64,000 nt of DNA from the human T2T-CHM13v2.0 reference genome, Homo sapiens (GCF_009914755.1 NC_060931.1), one strand, 5' to 3'; numbered from the stretch's first letter, positions 44,651-58,609 are shown. Notes: generated by a model not told the origin, from the sequence alone. Program-made: numbers and translations.

Positions 44651-46149
44651 TCAAGACTGGGATACTGGGATAGAGTGATGAGAGATGTCGTTGCTTTACC
44701 TCAAACTTGTGAGAGATCTTTAATACAAATTTTTGTGGAATTTAATGTGCAGTTTCTGGATTCAATGGGAAACAGAGAACAGATATTATGACTCTCATGT
44801 TAGAAAGCAAGAGAAGTGAGTAGGAACTTGCTTTAATAGAGGAGTAAAGAAAAACTACCACTGTTTTGGAATTCACTTACACTCCCAGAGTTTGTCCAAG
44901 CAAGTGATGCTTTAGTATTTCTTATGGAACCTTAGAGTCATGTTAAGATCTGCTCCAGATGCCCCTCTGGAAGGGCAGAGAGCCTAAGTGAAATGGTTTA
45001 CCCCAAATCCCGGGCTGAGTGGAGTCAATGGCTAAAAGAACGGGATGCGTTTTCTGTGACACAGAAGTTGCAGTTGAAAAGGTTCAGTCAGGGAGCTTTT
45101 GATGAGGCCATGAGTTTCTCCATGAGAGAAAGTGTTAGTGTTAAACATCAGCTAGACCCAGAGACAGCAAAGCTATCTAACAATAGTAGCATCAAATGAG
45201 AACTTCCCATCTTCTTTCTCTCAGCTTTGATACTGGCAAGACCAGAAATTCTGGCTGTCAAGCTTGGGGAGAAAAAGAAATGCTGGGGGAAAGAGAAGGA
45301 CTCGCTCCACCTCCCTAAAGGCAGCCACCCTCCTGCAACCAGTACTAGCTGGGGAATGGTGGAAGATTTGTATCAAGATTGAGGTATTAATTAAAATATT
45401 GTGCTGGGTATTCAAAGTGACCATGAAACTTGCTACTCTTGTGAAAGACCAACTTTTTTAGAGGAGGAAAGCAAGGGCTTCTCCTGAGTAGGCTTAAAGG
45501 GACACTAGGAGAAACAAAAATAAAGTTTATTTATAATGACACCCTATAAATTCCCTTATTCAACCTACTAACTCCATTAGCTTAAACTTCCTGTTCCATT
45601 TTACTGCAGGGTTGCTTCCATGTGTATAGGATCTTTTTCTTTGACTCTTTTATTGTGCTTTATGTGGCACATTTGCTCTCGTGATTTCTGGCTGAGTTCT
45701 TCAATCGCCACACTTGCACAGCTGTCTGGGGGATGACACGCCCTCCTCCATCCAGCACTGTGTTCTGCAAACCTGTGTTCTTCAGAGTCGGTTTAAACAA
45801 CAGCAGGTTATACCTCCCAGCTGTATAGTCTGAAGTTTCTTCTGGTTTTCTCTAGTGTTCTCAGTTTTCTTTGGTGTTCCAGCACCATAGAGCATCATTT
45901 TGTTCCTTTGCCCAGGATTGCCCTCATTCAGCACAGACATCCTTTTATTAAATTGTACAGCCCTTGGTGCCTGTACAATTAGGTGGCCCAGCTAGTCTAC
46001 ATCCACTCCCCTTCTGAGCCTGCCTCTGGGAAAGCCCTAACGTCATCACGCTCCTCAGTTCTCTCCTGATCCAGGCAGCTGTTTTCCCTGAATGCCAGGA
46101 CGCAACAGCCTCAAGCCTCTCCTGGGTTTCTCTCGGTTTTGCTCTATGT

Positions 46150-46360
46150 CACAGTTTCCCAACCTCAGCACTATTAACAGTTTGTGCTGCGTAACTCTTT
46201 GCTGTGGGCGCTGTCCTGTGTGTTGTAAGACATTTAGCAGTATCCCTTACCTCCACCCACTAGATGCCATAACACTCACCACAGCTATGACAGCCAGAAA
46301 TGTCCAGACATCCAAATGTCCCCCAGGAGTCAGAATTGGCCCTAGTTGTGAACCACAGCC
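46150..46360 (+). mobile_element. MER20 hAT MITE
   Basis: tcccaacctcagcactatt.aca...gctgtcctgtgtgttgtaag...tccacccactagatgcca...ttgtgaaccac. Confidence 0.85.
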
Positions 46361-46599
46361 TTAGGTGCTGAGTTCAGCTTCTCTCGGTCTTTCTAGGCAT
46401 CCCCAGGCTTTGCTATGGCAGGCGGAGCTGACAACTCATTTCCTGTTTTACCGTCTTTCTATTTATACTGTAACGTCTCCAAGTCAGATAATTAGAAACC
46501 CCATTATCTCCCTAATTACCAGAGGTAAAATCCCTCATAAACTCCCCAAAAGGGTCCCGGGGCCACCTAAGAACCTAGCAGGTCAGGGAAGGAATAAAT

Positions 46600-46840
46600 A
46601 GGCTTCCTATGAGCTGGACCTGTTCCAAGAGCTCTGCGTGTACCATCTCGGTTAATCCTGACGGCTCTGCTAGGCTGGGGACTGTGTTCATCCTCATTTT
46701 CCAGTTGAGGAAAGCTAGCACAAAGGTGTACAGTAACTTAGTTTAGGCCACATTACTGCAAGTGATAGGACTAGGATCAAACACATCTATTTTGCACCAG
46801 CAAACCAGGATCAGGCACAGTCTGCTTCCAAAGACTGTGC
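46600..46840 (-). mobile_element. MIR fragment
   Basis: atcctcattttccagttgaggaaagc...gtaactt...ggccaca...gcaagtgataggactaggatcaaac. Confidence 0.6.
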
Positions 46841-47099
46841 TTTAAAAACTAAGCCAATCGGGAACGACCCACACAGAAAGAGAGTCTTTTGGTGGGAAAA
46901 GAAAGACCGATGGCATGGCTGATGGCAGCCCAAGGGGACAGTAGACAAGTAATTCCCTGGGGTTTGAAGAAAAAGCCGAGGAGGAGGACTAAAGGGGCTG
47001 TCTGAGATCCGTGACCGAGGAAGGGGGGGTCCTACACCAGCGTCTCCTGCATGGGTCATTTCCTACAGCGTCGGTGCCCCCTCACACTCCTCCTCTTGT

Positions 47100-47400
47100 C
47101 TGCAGCCTCCTGCCCACCTCTGCCCCCTTCTGCATCTGCCTGACTCCTACTTGCTCTGTAAGATTCAGCCATGGTGTCACCTTCTCTGAGAAGCCTAAGA
47201 CCCCAGTCTGTACTGGGGACTCCCTCTTACCTCCCACAGCTCTTTCACTCAGTTCTGCAAAAGAGGTTTAACTTTCTGTTTGCCGAACTAGTCAGTCCCG
47301 TGGTGACGTCAGGATTATCTTTCTCTCACTTCAGTGCCTCTGGGACTTAATAGGTGCACGAAGAATATTTATAGGTGCCTGAGAAATGCTTGCCGAGAAA
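47100..47400 (+). mobile_element. L2 fragment
   Basis: ctgcctgactcctact...gtcaccttctctgagaagcct...cagtgcct.tgggacttaataggtgc. Confidence 0.55.
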
Positions 47401-47486
47401 TGACTGGCTGTTCCAAGGCATTTCCAGGGCAAGGCAGTCCAGTCTGTGCCGGGCCGGGCGGTTGTAGAGGAGGGGATTGGGTTGGG

Positions 47487-47597
47487 GGAGTGAGCAACCT
47501 GTCTCAGTTTGCCTGAGATTGTCCTGATTTTAGAGTTGAAAGCCTGGCATCTTGGGAAAGCCGTCAGTCTCAGGCAAATGAGACATTTGTCATCCTG
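47487..47597. mobile_element. MER81/MER94-like hAT-Blackjack MITE
   Basis: gagtgagcaacctgtctcagtttgcctgaga ... tctcaggcaaatgagacatttgtcatcct, long inverted ends. Confidence 0.7.
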
Positions 47598-48599
47598 CAG
47601 GAGGGGGACAGTGGTACAGTGGGAGTCAGGAGCACTGTTTTTTTTTTTTGGCGGTTCCTGTAAATGAGGATGGTTTTCAAAGATGGTTTCCAGAAGTTTT
47701 CAAAGATGATTTTCAAACCCAAAGGATCAAATGGTATTCAATTGTTCAGGGTAAAAATTCACATCAAAATTTAATGAAAATGACAGCTTTTCCTCATGTC
47801 TAAGTTTTGACACAAAACAAAACTCCTACAATAATAGCAACAACAACAAAATTTTCCTAGTATGGTCATAGACTTGCTCTCCTCCTACGGTTTCCTTTGA
47901 TTGCTCCCAGAAAGGGACACATACTTGGGAACCTTCTCGCTTTTCCCTGTTGCCACATCTCTTTTGGCCTTGGCCAAATCATACTGCTGAGAGAGACTAA
48001 CTGTTGCGGTATCTTTTATCAGCCAGGTCTAGAGGAGTCTCATCCCTACTCCCTGGTCCCTGATGTCACTGGGGTAGCTCTTCTCTTCTAGAAACAGGAT
48101 GGGGACTGCTCACAAAACAGTTTTGCCACAGGCAGAGCCTACACTTTCAGCCTGGCCCTATCTGAGTTCTTTCTCTGGCCCTCCCAGACACGGAGAGGTC
48201 TTTAAGATAAAAAAATTTGGCATTGGATTTTAAGTCTGGCACCCCAGGCTGAAATCTGGCACCCAGGCAATAGACTCACTTTGTGTGGGTTCGCTATATC
48301 TAAATGTAAGAGAACAGATAACAACAACAAAATTTAATTTTGGCTTTCATCTTCCTGTTTATATCTTTTTTGTTTACTTAAGCATGTGGCCTGCTGACAG
48401 CTGGCAAGCTCACAAAAAAAAGGAAGATAGACTAGTTCTGATTGCCCTAGGGTAACCTCCTTAGTGAAGTCCTGTAAGGAGTTCTGGGCTGTCCTTCACT
48501 GGCCTTTGCTGCAAAGCAGTCCTAGAGCCTTCGCATTAGCAATGCCCGACACCTGCTTCGCTCCCGCTGCTTTGCTTTTCCACCCACAAAGTACTTGAA

Positions 48600-48800
48600 G
48601 AACAGAGTAGTGAGGAAAGCCTGACTTTCGGTACTTACCAGCTGTGTGACCTTCAGCAATCCTTAAACTTTTTCTCCATTATAGAATGGGTATACTAATT
48701 ATTCCTATCTCATAGTAATTTTCTTGAAAGATTAAATGAGGTTGCTTCTGGGAACACTTGGTAGGGAGGTGGAATGTTTTAAGCAGTTTGTAAAAGTTAG
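48600..48800 (+). mobile_element. MIR fragment
   Basis: acttaccagctgtgtgacctt...aatgggtata...aagattaaatgag. Confidence 0.65.
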
Positions 48801-48804
48801 CTCC

Positions 48805-49135
48805 GTGATTCTCATTTGAATTCAATTTTGCTCCCAGGGGACGTGTATAAAGACACGTTTAATTGTCACACCTTGGGGTGGGGGATGTCACTGGCCTCTA
48901 GTGGGCAGAATGCAGGTATTTTATAATACACAGAAAAGCCCCCTACCTCCCTACTCCACCAAAAAAAGACAGAAAGAAAGAGAGAGAGAGAAAGAAAGAG
49001 AGAGAGAGAGAGGGAGAAAGGAAGGAAGGGAGGGAGGGAGGGAGAGAGAAAGAAAGAGAAAGGAGAAAGAAAGAAAAGAAAAGAAAGAGTTATCCTATTT
49101 AAAATATCAATGGTGTTGAGTTTGGGAAATCCTGC
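48805..49135 (-). mobile_element. MER20 split by a purine tract
   Basis: attttgctcccagggga...ttgtcaca...ctggcctctagtgggcaga [GA-rich] gagttatcc...aaaatatcaatggtgttgag.ttgggaaa. Confidence 0.7.
48961..49089 (+). repeat. ~130-nt polypurine (GA/GAAA/GGAA/GGGA) tract
   Basis: Almost exclusively A/G. Confidence 0.95.
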
Positions 49136-49459
49136 ATTAGCTATTACTATGTTATTATTCCTGTGGAAGTAATGCCTCTTTATTCTGGATTAGCTTCATG
49201 GAGACATAGTCGTAGATATATGAGAAATTCACAAATCCTGTGATCTTATTTAATAGGTGAGTGTGTTACCAAAACAAGTGGATGCTGATCAATGTAGAAT
49301 TGACCTGTACACATTGTTGATCATAATGTCCATATTATCTTATAATATATTCTCAGCTGTCTCTCCAAAAAAGAACAGTCTAAGACTCCGTATACATATT
49401 AGCTCCCTTTATTCCTTTGGTCTTAGAAGATAAACTACACTTTAAAAAAATTAATAGTG

Positions 49460-49773
<314 letters not shown>

Positions 49774-49924
49774 TTACAAAAGCAATGCTACACAAATTCA
49801 TTATTTAAAGAATTAAAAGGTACCATTCTTCTTGACTCTCCTATGGGTTTGATTGGATGCAGAGTTAGAAGAGAATTCATAATTGGCTTAGACTGGTGAG
49901 GCTGCCAAGCTCTTGAAATGTTTG

Positions 49925-50220
49925 TTATCAATTCAATTCATATTTATTGAGCACCATCTATTTGCCTAAACCATGCTAGTTGCTGGAGAGATGGTAGCAG
50001 ATAAAATGAATACATGGTCTGGTTCAGAAGATGGAAACTATACAATTAATTACAAGTATGTTACATATTATGAAAGGGGACAGAGAGCAAGGAGATTATT
50101 TAATAGAGTCCTAGAGGTGCCAAAATGCTCACTGAGGAAGTAACATTTAAGCTCATCACATGAAGAAGTTTCAGGTAAACACGTGTGAAGACATGAGCTG
50201 AGGGAAGGCAATGAAAAGAC
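49925..50220 (-). mobile_element. L2 3' end
   Basis: ttcatatttattgagcacc.tctat.tgcc...ctcactgaggaagtaacatttaagct. Confidence 0.65.
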
Positions 50221-50860
50221 ATATAATTATGGGGTGTACTTGTTACAACTGCTCTCGATTTAGAGTTTTCCATGTGGTTACATCGTTTTGAGCCCATGTG
50301 AAGGAACCCACTCACTTGTATGTATGTCCAGCTCTGCCCATGTTTAGATAACATGTTAGGTTCAAGCAAAAATCACTGTACGACTAGCTCTTCCTTGAAA
50401 AGCAGAATTTTACGACGTGGCAAAATAAGGACTAATCACGTGCCCTTCTTCTGCCTTTCAAAACCTTCAAATGCTAAATGTCTCACATCTTTTTTCTAAT
50501 AGGCTCCTTGTTTTGCTTATTTTACTTAGCACAAATCAGAGCTAACACAATCCCATTTTTAATAGCTCTCTTTCAAAGTCTGTTGATATGCCAGTTGGTA
50601 TGAATCATCCTAAATGTCCTTCCTTATGGGCTAGACCCATCTGTCAAGATCTACAAAATAATATTTCCTGCTTATGGGAGATATCTATGCAGAGCAAGTG
50701 CCCTGCCAAGGAGAATGCCACAAAAGCTGCATGCTAATACTCCAGTTCCCTGCAATCTTATCTTCTAGATTTTTCAGAGAAACACAGATCCTATAGACCC
50801 ACAATTAGCAATGAAATCAGTTTTCCTAGTCTGACCTAGAAGAGAGCTTTGCCATGAGTG

Positions 50861-50985
50861 TAGGGTTGCCAGAATTTCAGGAAAAAAAAAAAAAAAAAAA
50901 CAAGACAAATTGTTTTTTAGGCTAAGTTTATCCTTTATACAGGACATACTTATGCTACAAAACTATGTATTATTTATCTCAAACT
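50861..50985. mobile_element. MER53-like MITE, partial
   Basis: tagggttgccaga...ggacatacttatgcta.aaaa.tat...tttatct. Confidence 0.55.
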
Positions 50986-51029
50986 CTTTGCTTACAAGGC
51001 ATTGTTCAATGTTTAAAAAGCACCTGTTT

Positions 51030-51330
51030 CTTTATTCATCTTCTTCAGGTCTTTGCTCAAATGCCATTTTCTCAGTCATGCCTTCCTTGATCACCTTATT
51101 TAAAACTGGCAACGCCCATCTCTCTTCCTTGCCTTTGTTCCCTTTTATCATGTATCATCAAATTATCTATGTATTTTATTTATTGATTTTCTTCCCCTGT
51201 AGAATGTAAGCTCCTTAATAGTATAAATTTTGGTCTATTTTATTCACTATTGGATCCCCAGCACCTAGAACAGACTGTAACATACAGCAGGTACTCAGTA
51301 AGTAGCTGTTGAAATCATTCATTCATTTGT
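51030..51330 (+). mobile_element. L2 3' end
   Basis: tctttgctcaaatgccatttt...tagaatgtaagctcc...cccagcacctagaacag...ttgaaatcattcattca. Confidence 0.8.
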
Positions 51331-51337
51331 AAATTAC

Positions 51338-51590
51338 TGTGGATAGAAGCATGGACTCTAAGGACTCACTAACTTGAGTTTGAATTCTGTCCCTGAAAAA
51401 TATCTGTTGTGATGTCAGATGTGTTGTTTCATTTTCTCTTCCTCAGTTTCCTCTTCCATAAAATGAAGATAACAGTAGTACCTCTTGGATGGATGTGTTA
51501 AGAAAAAGATAATGCCTGTGAAGTACCTAGCGCAGGACCTAGCACAGTACATAGCACGGTACCTGGAGAACTGTAAGCATTTAATAAATG
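51338..51590 (+). mobile_element. MIR SINE
   Basis: cctcagtttcctcttccataaaatgaagataacagtagtacct. Confidence 0.75.
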
Positions 51591-52310
51591 GAATTTATCT
51601 ATTTAACAAATACTTGATGAACATGTTTTCTGTCTCACAGAATGTTGTGGGTATTGGGAGGACCACAGTGATGCATAGTCCTTGCCCTCTAAGAGGTGAT
51701 AACCTAGTGAGGAAATAAACAGATAATAGTCACGGATTATGATAAATAATCTATAGGAGCATTAGGAGGGCACTGGACCCAGAATTGGGTTGGGGGGTAA
51801 GGAGTGGTCAGGAAAGGTTTCATGGAAGAATTGCTATCTGTTTTAAAGTAATAGGCTGTGACTAACCAGAAGAAGATGAAATGCGGGTTGGTAGGGTAGA
51901 GAAAGTATTCCAAGAAAAGGGAACAGCAGATACCAGAACCCAGAGGACAGAGTGAACACATGACCACCACGTTGGGGAAGAGCAAGCAGGTCAGTGTGTC
52001 TGGCTCAGGGACAGAAGCACAAGGAAGGGAGGAGATGCGAGCTCAGCCTGAGAGATCAGCAGGACACGTCACAGAGGAACTTATAAGCCTTATCAAAGAC
52101 TTTGGACTCACCCGGGGGAAAGAAGAGCCAAATTCCTCCATCTGCAGTATGAAACTGGATTTGGAGAACTGAAAGTAACACTAGATAAAGGGAAGGCAGT
52201 AAGGAGGTTTAGGTAATCATCCAGATAAAACAGGATGGGGTAATGGGAATGGGAAGAAGTGACTTAGAAAATAATTAGAAGATAGAACAGAGGGGATTTC
52301 AGGATTTCTT
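51591..52310 (-). mobile_element. L2 3' region
   Basis: atttaacaaatacttgatgaac...gtccttgccctctaagag...gtcaggaaaggtttcatggaagaa. Confidence 0.75.
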
Positions 52311-52379
52311 GTTCATTGAAACAATAACTTTGTAAGGAGCTCTATTTTCTGTGGATTTTTCTTTCTCAAAATGTTGTTG

Positions 52380-53925
52380 AGCTTGTAGAATAAATTGAAC
52401 AATAGTCTATCATCTTGAATGTACTGGAGAAGTTTGTATAGAGTTAGTATTATTTAATCCCTTAAATGTTTGATAGAATTCATCAGTGAAGCCATCTGGG
52501 CCTGTAGTTTTCTTTGTGGAAAGATTTTTAAATACATATTTAACTTCTTTAATAGATATAGGTTTAGTTATGTTATCTATTTCTTTTTGAGCACGCTTTG
52601 ATAGTTTGTGTCTTTGAAAGAATTTTTCCATTTTAGTTAAATTGTCAAGTTTATGTGTGTAATGTTGTTCATTATTTCCTTGTTTTCATTTAATGTCTGT
52701 AGAATGGTAATGTTGTCACCTTTCTCATTCCTGATATTGATACTTTGTATCTTTTCTATTTGAGTCACGATCAGTTTGGCTACAGGGTCGTCAGCTTTAT
52801 TGGACCTTTTCAAAAAATAAGCTTTTCATTTCATTGATTTTTCTCTGTTTTCTTTTCCTGTTTTCTATTTAATTGATTTCCACCTTGATCCTAATCTTTG
52901 CTATGTGTTATGTGCACTTATTATTTAATTATTTTATCTTCAGAGTGAATTGACCCTTCTATCATTATAAAACATTCCTCTGTTTCTAGTAATTTTTTTG
53001 TCTTATAATCTATTTTTTTCTGATATTAGTATAGCTACTCCAGCCATTGTACTAGAACACCTGCAATATAGTTCTTATAACTTTCATTGTCCTTGTCTGC
53101 CATTCCTAAAATCGGTGCTAGTTCTTAGTTTCTATTGGTTGATTATCCTCTTCATTATGGGTAGTGTTTTCCTGCTTCTTTGCATACCTGGTAGCTTTTC
53201 ATTTTGATGCCAGATGTTATGAATTTTACCTTGTTGGGTGGAGGACAGTTTTGTATTCTCATGCATATTCTTGAGCATAGTTCTGAGATGCAGTTAAGTT
53301 ATGTGGAAATTGTTTGTTCCTTCTGGGTTTGACTTTTATGATTTATTAGGCAGGTCCAGAGCAATGCTCAGTCTAGGTCTAATTATCCCCCATTACACAA
53401 CCCATTGTCCTTTGCATTATCGTTTCTCTAGTCTGGTTGGTAAGAGCAGGCACTATTTCCACCTTGTATGAGTCCCAGGCACTGTGCCCTCTTACCCTCT
53501 TGGCTGGTTCTTTCCCCAGCCTCAGGTATTTCCTTGACAGCCATACAGTGGTCAGTACTCTGTTGAATACTCAAGGGTAACTGTCCACAGAGGCATCTCT
53601 CTCATCGCCAGTGCTCTGTCCCACACGCAGTTTTCTCCGTGGAGTCTCAGCTCGATTTCCTCTCCACAAGGAATCCCTTGGACTCTCTCTTGGTCACATA
53701 TTTTCTGTGCCATCACCTAGAGACCCTCTCAATGCGGGAAGCTGTGGCACTCATAAGACTCACCTCTTTTTTACCTACCTTGCAGGGAAGGCTGTCCTTT
53801 ATTTTTCAGCACCCGCTGCCTTAAAAACCACTGTTTCATCTATTTTGCCTTTATTGAGGGAGGGCATTGCTCCAGGCAGCAGGTAAATCTGGTTCCTGTT
53901 TTGTCACCATGGCCGGAAGTAGAAG
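52380..53925 (-). mobile_element. Old L1M with ORF2 remnant and upstream region
   Basis: Minus ORF 52410-52631 KKTTGPDGFTDEFYQTFK; ccatggccggaagtagaagtcc near 53910. Confidence 0.75.
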
Positions 53926-53939
53926 TCCCTCTTATATTA

Positions 53940-54385
53940 TTTTGAACCTGAGAAATACAATTATTTTACTGACAAATACTTTAGTATATACCGCCAAAAG
54001 ATAAGAATACTTTAAAAATGGATAACCACAGTACCGTTATCTCACCTTTAGAAACTGACAATGATATTTTAATATTTGTTATTAAATATCTCATAAATGT
54101 CTTTTTATTTTAATCATTTGTTTGCTTGAGTCAAGATCCAAATGCGGTCCACACCCTTGGTTGATATGCCTCTTCAGTCACTTCTAACCTGTAGTTTATC
54201 CCTCCATCTCCCCTATCTTCCTCCTTTCTCTATCACTTTCTGTCTCTCTCAGTTTGTTTTTTGAGGAAACCAGTCTTTGCTTCATAGTGTTTTCCATACT
54301 CCTGACTGTGCTGACCCCACCAGCATATTTCTCTATCCTCTACATTTCCTGCAAAATGTTAATGGGTCTAGAAACTTGATCAGGT
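53940..54385 (-). mobile_element. L1ME-type 3'UTR fragment
   Basis: ataaccacagtaccgttatc.cacct...gagtcaagatccaaat...ttggttgatatg.ctctt...tctagaaacttgatcagg. Confidence 0.6.
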
Positions 54386-55294
54386 CCAGGATCCATGCGC
54401 TTTTTAATGCGCTTTATGAACTCTTTATATTTGAGATAATTATGGTTAAAACTCCTAAGGAAGCCACAGAAAAGGATTATTGTAAGTTCTACTACCAGAG
54501 GCTCCTGGAGACGTTCCTTTGTGAATCTAATTTTTACTCATCATATGTAACCTTAGGTCATTCATTCATGTCTAAAAGGAGCAGTTGGATTCAGTGAAAA
54601 GGCTAATACAGGGAGAGACAAAACCCAGGAAAATGTAAAATATCATGGACTAAACTACTGAGCCAAGTGTCCTAGAAAGGACATAGCAAAGAAGACTGGA
54701 GATGGCTGAATTGAGGTTGGCCTCTGAATTTAATTTCGAATTTTATTATCCTAATTTACATGTTCATAAAAATGAAATAGGTCATTATCAAGTGCTTAAT
54801 TTTCAATGTAAGTCATAAAAATGTGTACACATATAATACAGCCTGGAGCTAGAGTTAGGATTTTTATTCCAGTCTCAAGTGATCTGGCATGCACAAGATA
54901 AGACTATGATGAAAAATGTTTATTAGTCTTATTAATTTCTTCATTCATGTATTCACTCAATCACTTCATATAGTTGGTCGGTGATTTAGATATACACCCA
55001 TTCTTGAATGAAGGTGGCAATCACAGGGTGTATGCCAATGCATAGAATTCTAGAGTTCCTTCTCCTTGAGTACTTCAGTTTCAAGCAGAATACAGGTGAA
55101 AAAATGCAACAGAAACCATCAAATGTTATTAAAGAGAGCTATAAAAATTGCAGTGGAAGTCCAAAAAATGGAGTGACTTATCTATCATGCAAACTTGGGG
55201 AAGATGAGATTGTCTCTATTTTTGAATTTTACTACAAAGGGCATGTACAAATTTTGATTATCTTCATAAAACAGAACATTTAAAAAAATGTATT

Positions 55295-56160
55295 TGCAGT
55301 AGACGTTTGGGTTGTTTTTACTTCTGACATCCAAAATGTAAGTTTTCTCCTCATATCAACCAATTCTGCATTCTCTGGACACCAACCGGGTATTCTACAA
55401 TTCAATTCCATTCAATTCTGATATGGTCTACCTGGAGTTAGTATCAGATCCTGTTAGTTAAGAGGTCAGGCACACAACACTGGTCCCACTTCAGATGCCA
55501 GTCACAAGTTTCACTTATCACCCATACTTCTGACTGATCAGCTGTAAATTTGAGAGTTCCCCCTGCTCCTCATTAGGTTAGATAATTTGCTGAAATGACT
55601 CACAGAACTCAGGAAAGCACATTACTGCTGTGATCAGCTTATTATAAAGGGTGCAACTAAGGAACAGCCGGATGGAAAAGCTGAATAGGACAAGGTATGA
55701 GAGGGGGATGCAGAGCTTCCATGCCCTTCTAGGTGCACTACCCTCCCAGCACCTTGATGTGTTCACCAATCCGGAAGCTCTCTGAATTCTATTGTTTAGG
55801 GTTTCTATGGAGGTTCCTTCACCTAGCAAGGTATTATTGATTAAATCATTGGCCACTGGTAATTGACTCAATCTGCAGCCCCTCTACCTTCCCCAGAGGT
55901 CTGGGGATGAGGAGGAAGCTGAAAGTTCCAACCTTCTATCACATGGTTGGTTCCTTTGGCAACCAGCCCCCATCCTGAAGCTATCTAGGGGTCACCAAGA
56001 GTAGCCTTATTAGCATAAACTCAGGAGCAGTCGAAGGGCTAGTTAAGAATATCAAAATATTCTCCTATCATTCTTACCACTCAGGAAATTCCAAGGGTTT
56101 AGAAGCTCTGTGTTAAAAATCAGAGATAAAGACCAAATATGCATTTCTCACTATATGACA
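55295..56160 (-). mobile_element. MER21B/C ERVL LTR
   Basis: ccaaccgggtattctacaattcaattc...ctacctggagttagtatcagatcc...cccacttcagatgccagtcacaag...ctcacagaactcaggaaa. Confidence 0.8.
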
Positions 56161-56444
56161 AATATTTTCTAGGATTCTGAGTCCTAAGATTCTCTGAGAT
56201 GGATTCTGTTGGTCAGGGTGACAGTATAAGTATTGAGGACCAGGGATGTAAATATTTGCAGAAACAATTGTGATCTGGAGTAAATTAAGCAGTGGAAAAA
56301 AAAGGGAAGTGTTGGAGTGGGCAAGGAACATGAGCCAGATCTCAAAATCCCATCAGTGAAGCAGGCTGGGCACCAGGACACACTGAATCTAAGGGTATAA
56401 ATACAGGATTCATTGTCTGTGTGTATTACTGAGGTCATAGTCTG

Positions 56445-56645
56445 TAGCTAACATTTACAGAGCACTGACTATATGCCATGTACTCTTTTCAATGCTTTCA
56501 TTTATTAAATCCTTACAAGAGTGCTATGAGTAAGTTTTATTGTTAGTCCCATTTTACAGGTGAGGAAACTGAGGTACCAGAAGGTTAAGTGAGTCATAGC
56601 TAGTCTGTGGCAGGGTTGAAATTTGAATCAGGAACATCTGCTGAA
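56445..56645 (-). mobile_element. MIR SINE
   Basis: cccattttacaggtgaggaaactgagg.accagaaggttaagtga. Confidence 0.85.
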
Positions 56646-57361
56646 CAGGTTACTCCCTGTTGTTGCCTCCTTGAAGTGTTAAATATATAGGAAGAAAGAA
56701 TTCCAGAGTGACCATGAGGTAGCACCAGTCTCTAGTTGTCATGAGCTGGGTTTGGTTACCAGTTGTGGGGACTCTTCCTGGCTTGGGACCCTTCCCAGAG
56801 ATGGGAGAACCCATCAATATTGAAAGCATGCCCCTCTGAGGTGGACAGCTGACAGGTTCTAGGCTCTTCATTGCTGAGACGTTGAAGGGTCTATGATCAG
56901 TTTCACCAAAGGGAGCTTTTCTTTACTGCATTGCTTTCAACCCTAATGGCATCTTACAGTTACCCCCAAAGGAGGGCCGTCCAGAAGGACTCAGCAATCA
57001 AGTTTTTTTGGGGTTGTGTTCAAAATTACAAAATTAATATCTCCTAGAAAAAATAAGCATGAGGAACCTTTGAAATCACCTCATCCCCAAGTGGCAAATC
57101 CTCAGCATTCAGGCCACCGTTTCTTCTGTTCCAGCCATGCTCTTACTGAATAAACTGGTGGCCACATCACTCCTCTCACCTACACTCTTCTTAACATGGT
57201 GCTGCAAGCAGCCCTTCCAAATCTACTAGCACTGGGATGAGAGATGATCTAACCTGATTCTTTTATTTCAGAAATGAGGAGACTAAGTGCACATGAGTGT
57301 AATTTCCTAGGCTGCTTTGTGAAAAATTTGGCTTCAAGTACATTTTGGTTTCTAAATCTAA

Positions 57362-57598
57362 GGCAGGACTTCTGGATCGTGGCATTATAGACATTTGGGG
57401 CTGGTTAATAATTTGCTGGGGTCGTGGGGAGAGGGAAAGTCTCCTGTGCATTTTGGGATGTTAGCAGTCTCCCTGGCCTCTACCTACTAGATGCCAGTAG
57501 CAGCTCCCTCCCACACTGCCCTGCTTTAATCAAAATTGTCTTCACATATTGCCAGATATCTCCTGTGGTACAAGATTGCCCCTGGTTGAGAACCACTT
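57362..57598 (+). mobile_element. MER20 hAT MITE
   Basis: ggcattatagacatttggggctgg...ccctggcctctacctactagatgccagtagca...ggttgagaaccact. Confidence 0.85.
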
Positions 57599-57975
57599 AT
57601 CTACATAGTGGGACATCCACCTCAGTGACATGTACATCTGGCATTGGCAGTAGAATTAGCCTTGAGAGCTGCAATCACAACATGCAGGAACTTGGTGGCA
57701 GATTGAAATCCCAAGGACTCTGCAGTGCATCACTGGACACTGGCAGGGAACTTTATCTCCTCCAGAAGATATAGAACAATGTGACTAAAACACACGATTG
57801 CCCTGAAAAAGACCCTCATCAAGGAAAAACAAACGAATGGAAAAAAAAAAAAACCCAGATAAAATGCCATGCTTTTTAGGAGGTATAAACAATTTCTTCC
57901 AACATGTGCTTAAAAGATAGTCTTGGACAATTTGTTATCATCATTATTAATATAATTACTAGATTTTCCATAGTA

Positions 57976-58354
57976 TGCTATTATGGACTGAATGCTTGTG
58001 TTATCCCCAGTTTCACATGTAGAAGCCAAATCCCCAGTGTAATGGTGTTTGGAGGTGGGAACTTTGGGAGGTAATTAGGTCATGAGGGCAGAACCCTCAT
58101 GAATGGGATGGTGCTCTTGTAAGAGGATACGTGAGAGAGCTTGCTTACTCTTCCTCTCTGCTATCAGCCAGAGGAGGGCACAAGGAGAAGATGGCCATCT
58201 GCAAACCCAGAAATGAGGCCTCACCAGACACTGGATCCATGAGCACCTTGATCTTGGACTCTCCAGCCTCCAGAACTGTGAGAAATAAATGTTTGTTGTT
58301 TAATCCACCTAGTCTATGGTATATTTATTACAGCAGCCTGAACTGACTAAGACA
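57976..58354 (+). mobile_element. MLT1A0/MSTD-like MaLR solo LTR
   Basis: tgcta..atggactgaatg ... ccagcctccagaactgtgagaaataaat ... gactaagaca. Confidence 0.88.
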
Positions 58355-58609
58355 GATGGCATTATACAGCTTCTTCCTTATGATGGGCCATACTCAGAAG
58401 CATAAAACATGGCAAGTACTGTTTTTTGTTTGTTTTTAATGAAAATTTTATGGTGGGTAAAACTGCTTTCTGCATTTGAATCCAAACCACGTTGAGGGTG
58501 TTAGTTGTTCCATGAGACATCATGGCGAAATTTGAACTCCGTTTATTATATGAGTTGGGAGGAGTATTTGAGAAAGCCATCTCTAAACTAGAGACAAATG
58601 TTGGAGCTA

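Noticed and set aside
47669-47717. gatggttttcaaa-type short repeats
   Set aside because: Short imperfect tandem duplication with nothing further to support function.
48901-49119. Charged, low-complexity 72-aa ORF
   Set aside because: Translation of the purine microsatellite.
51523-51565. Three to four 12-nt repeats (acctagcacagt-like)
   Set aside because: Local slippage of the MIR 3' motif; no spacers.
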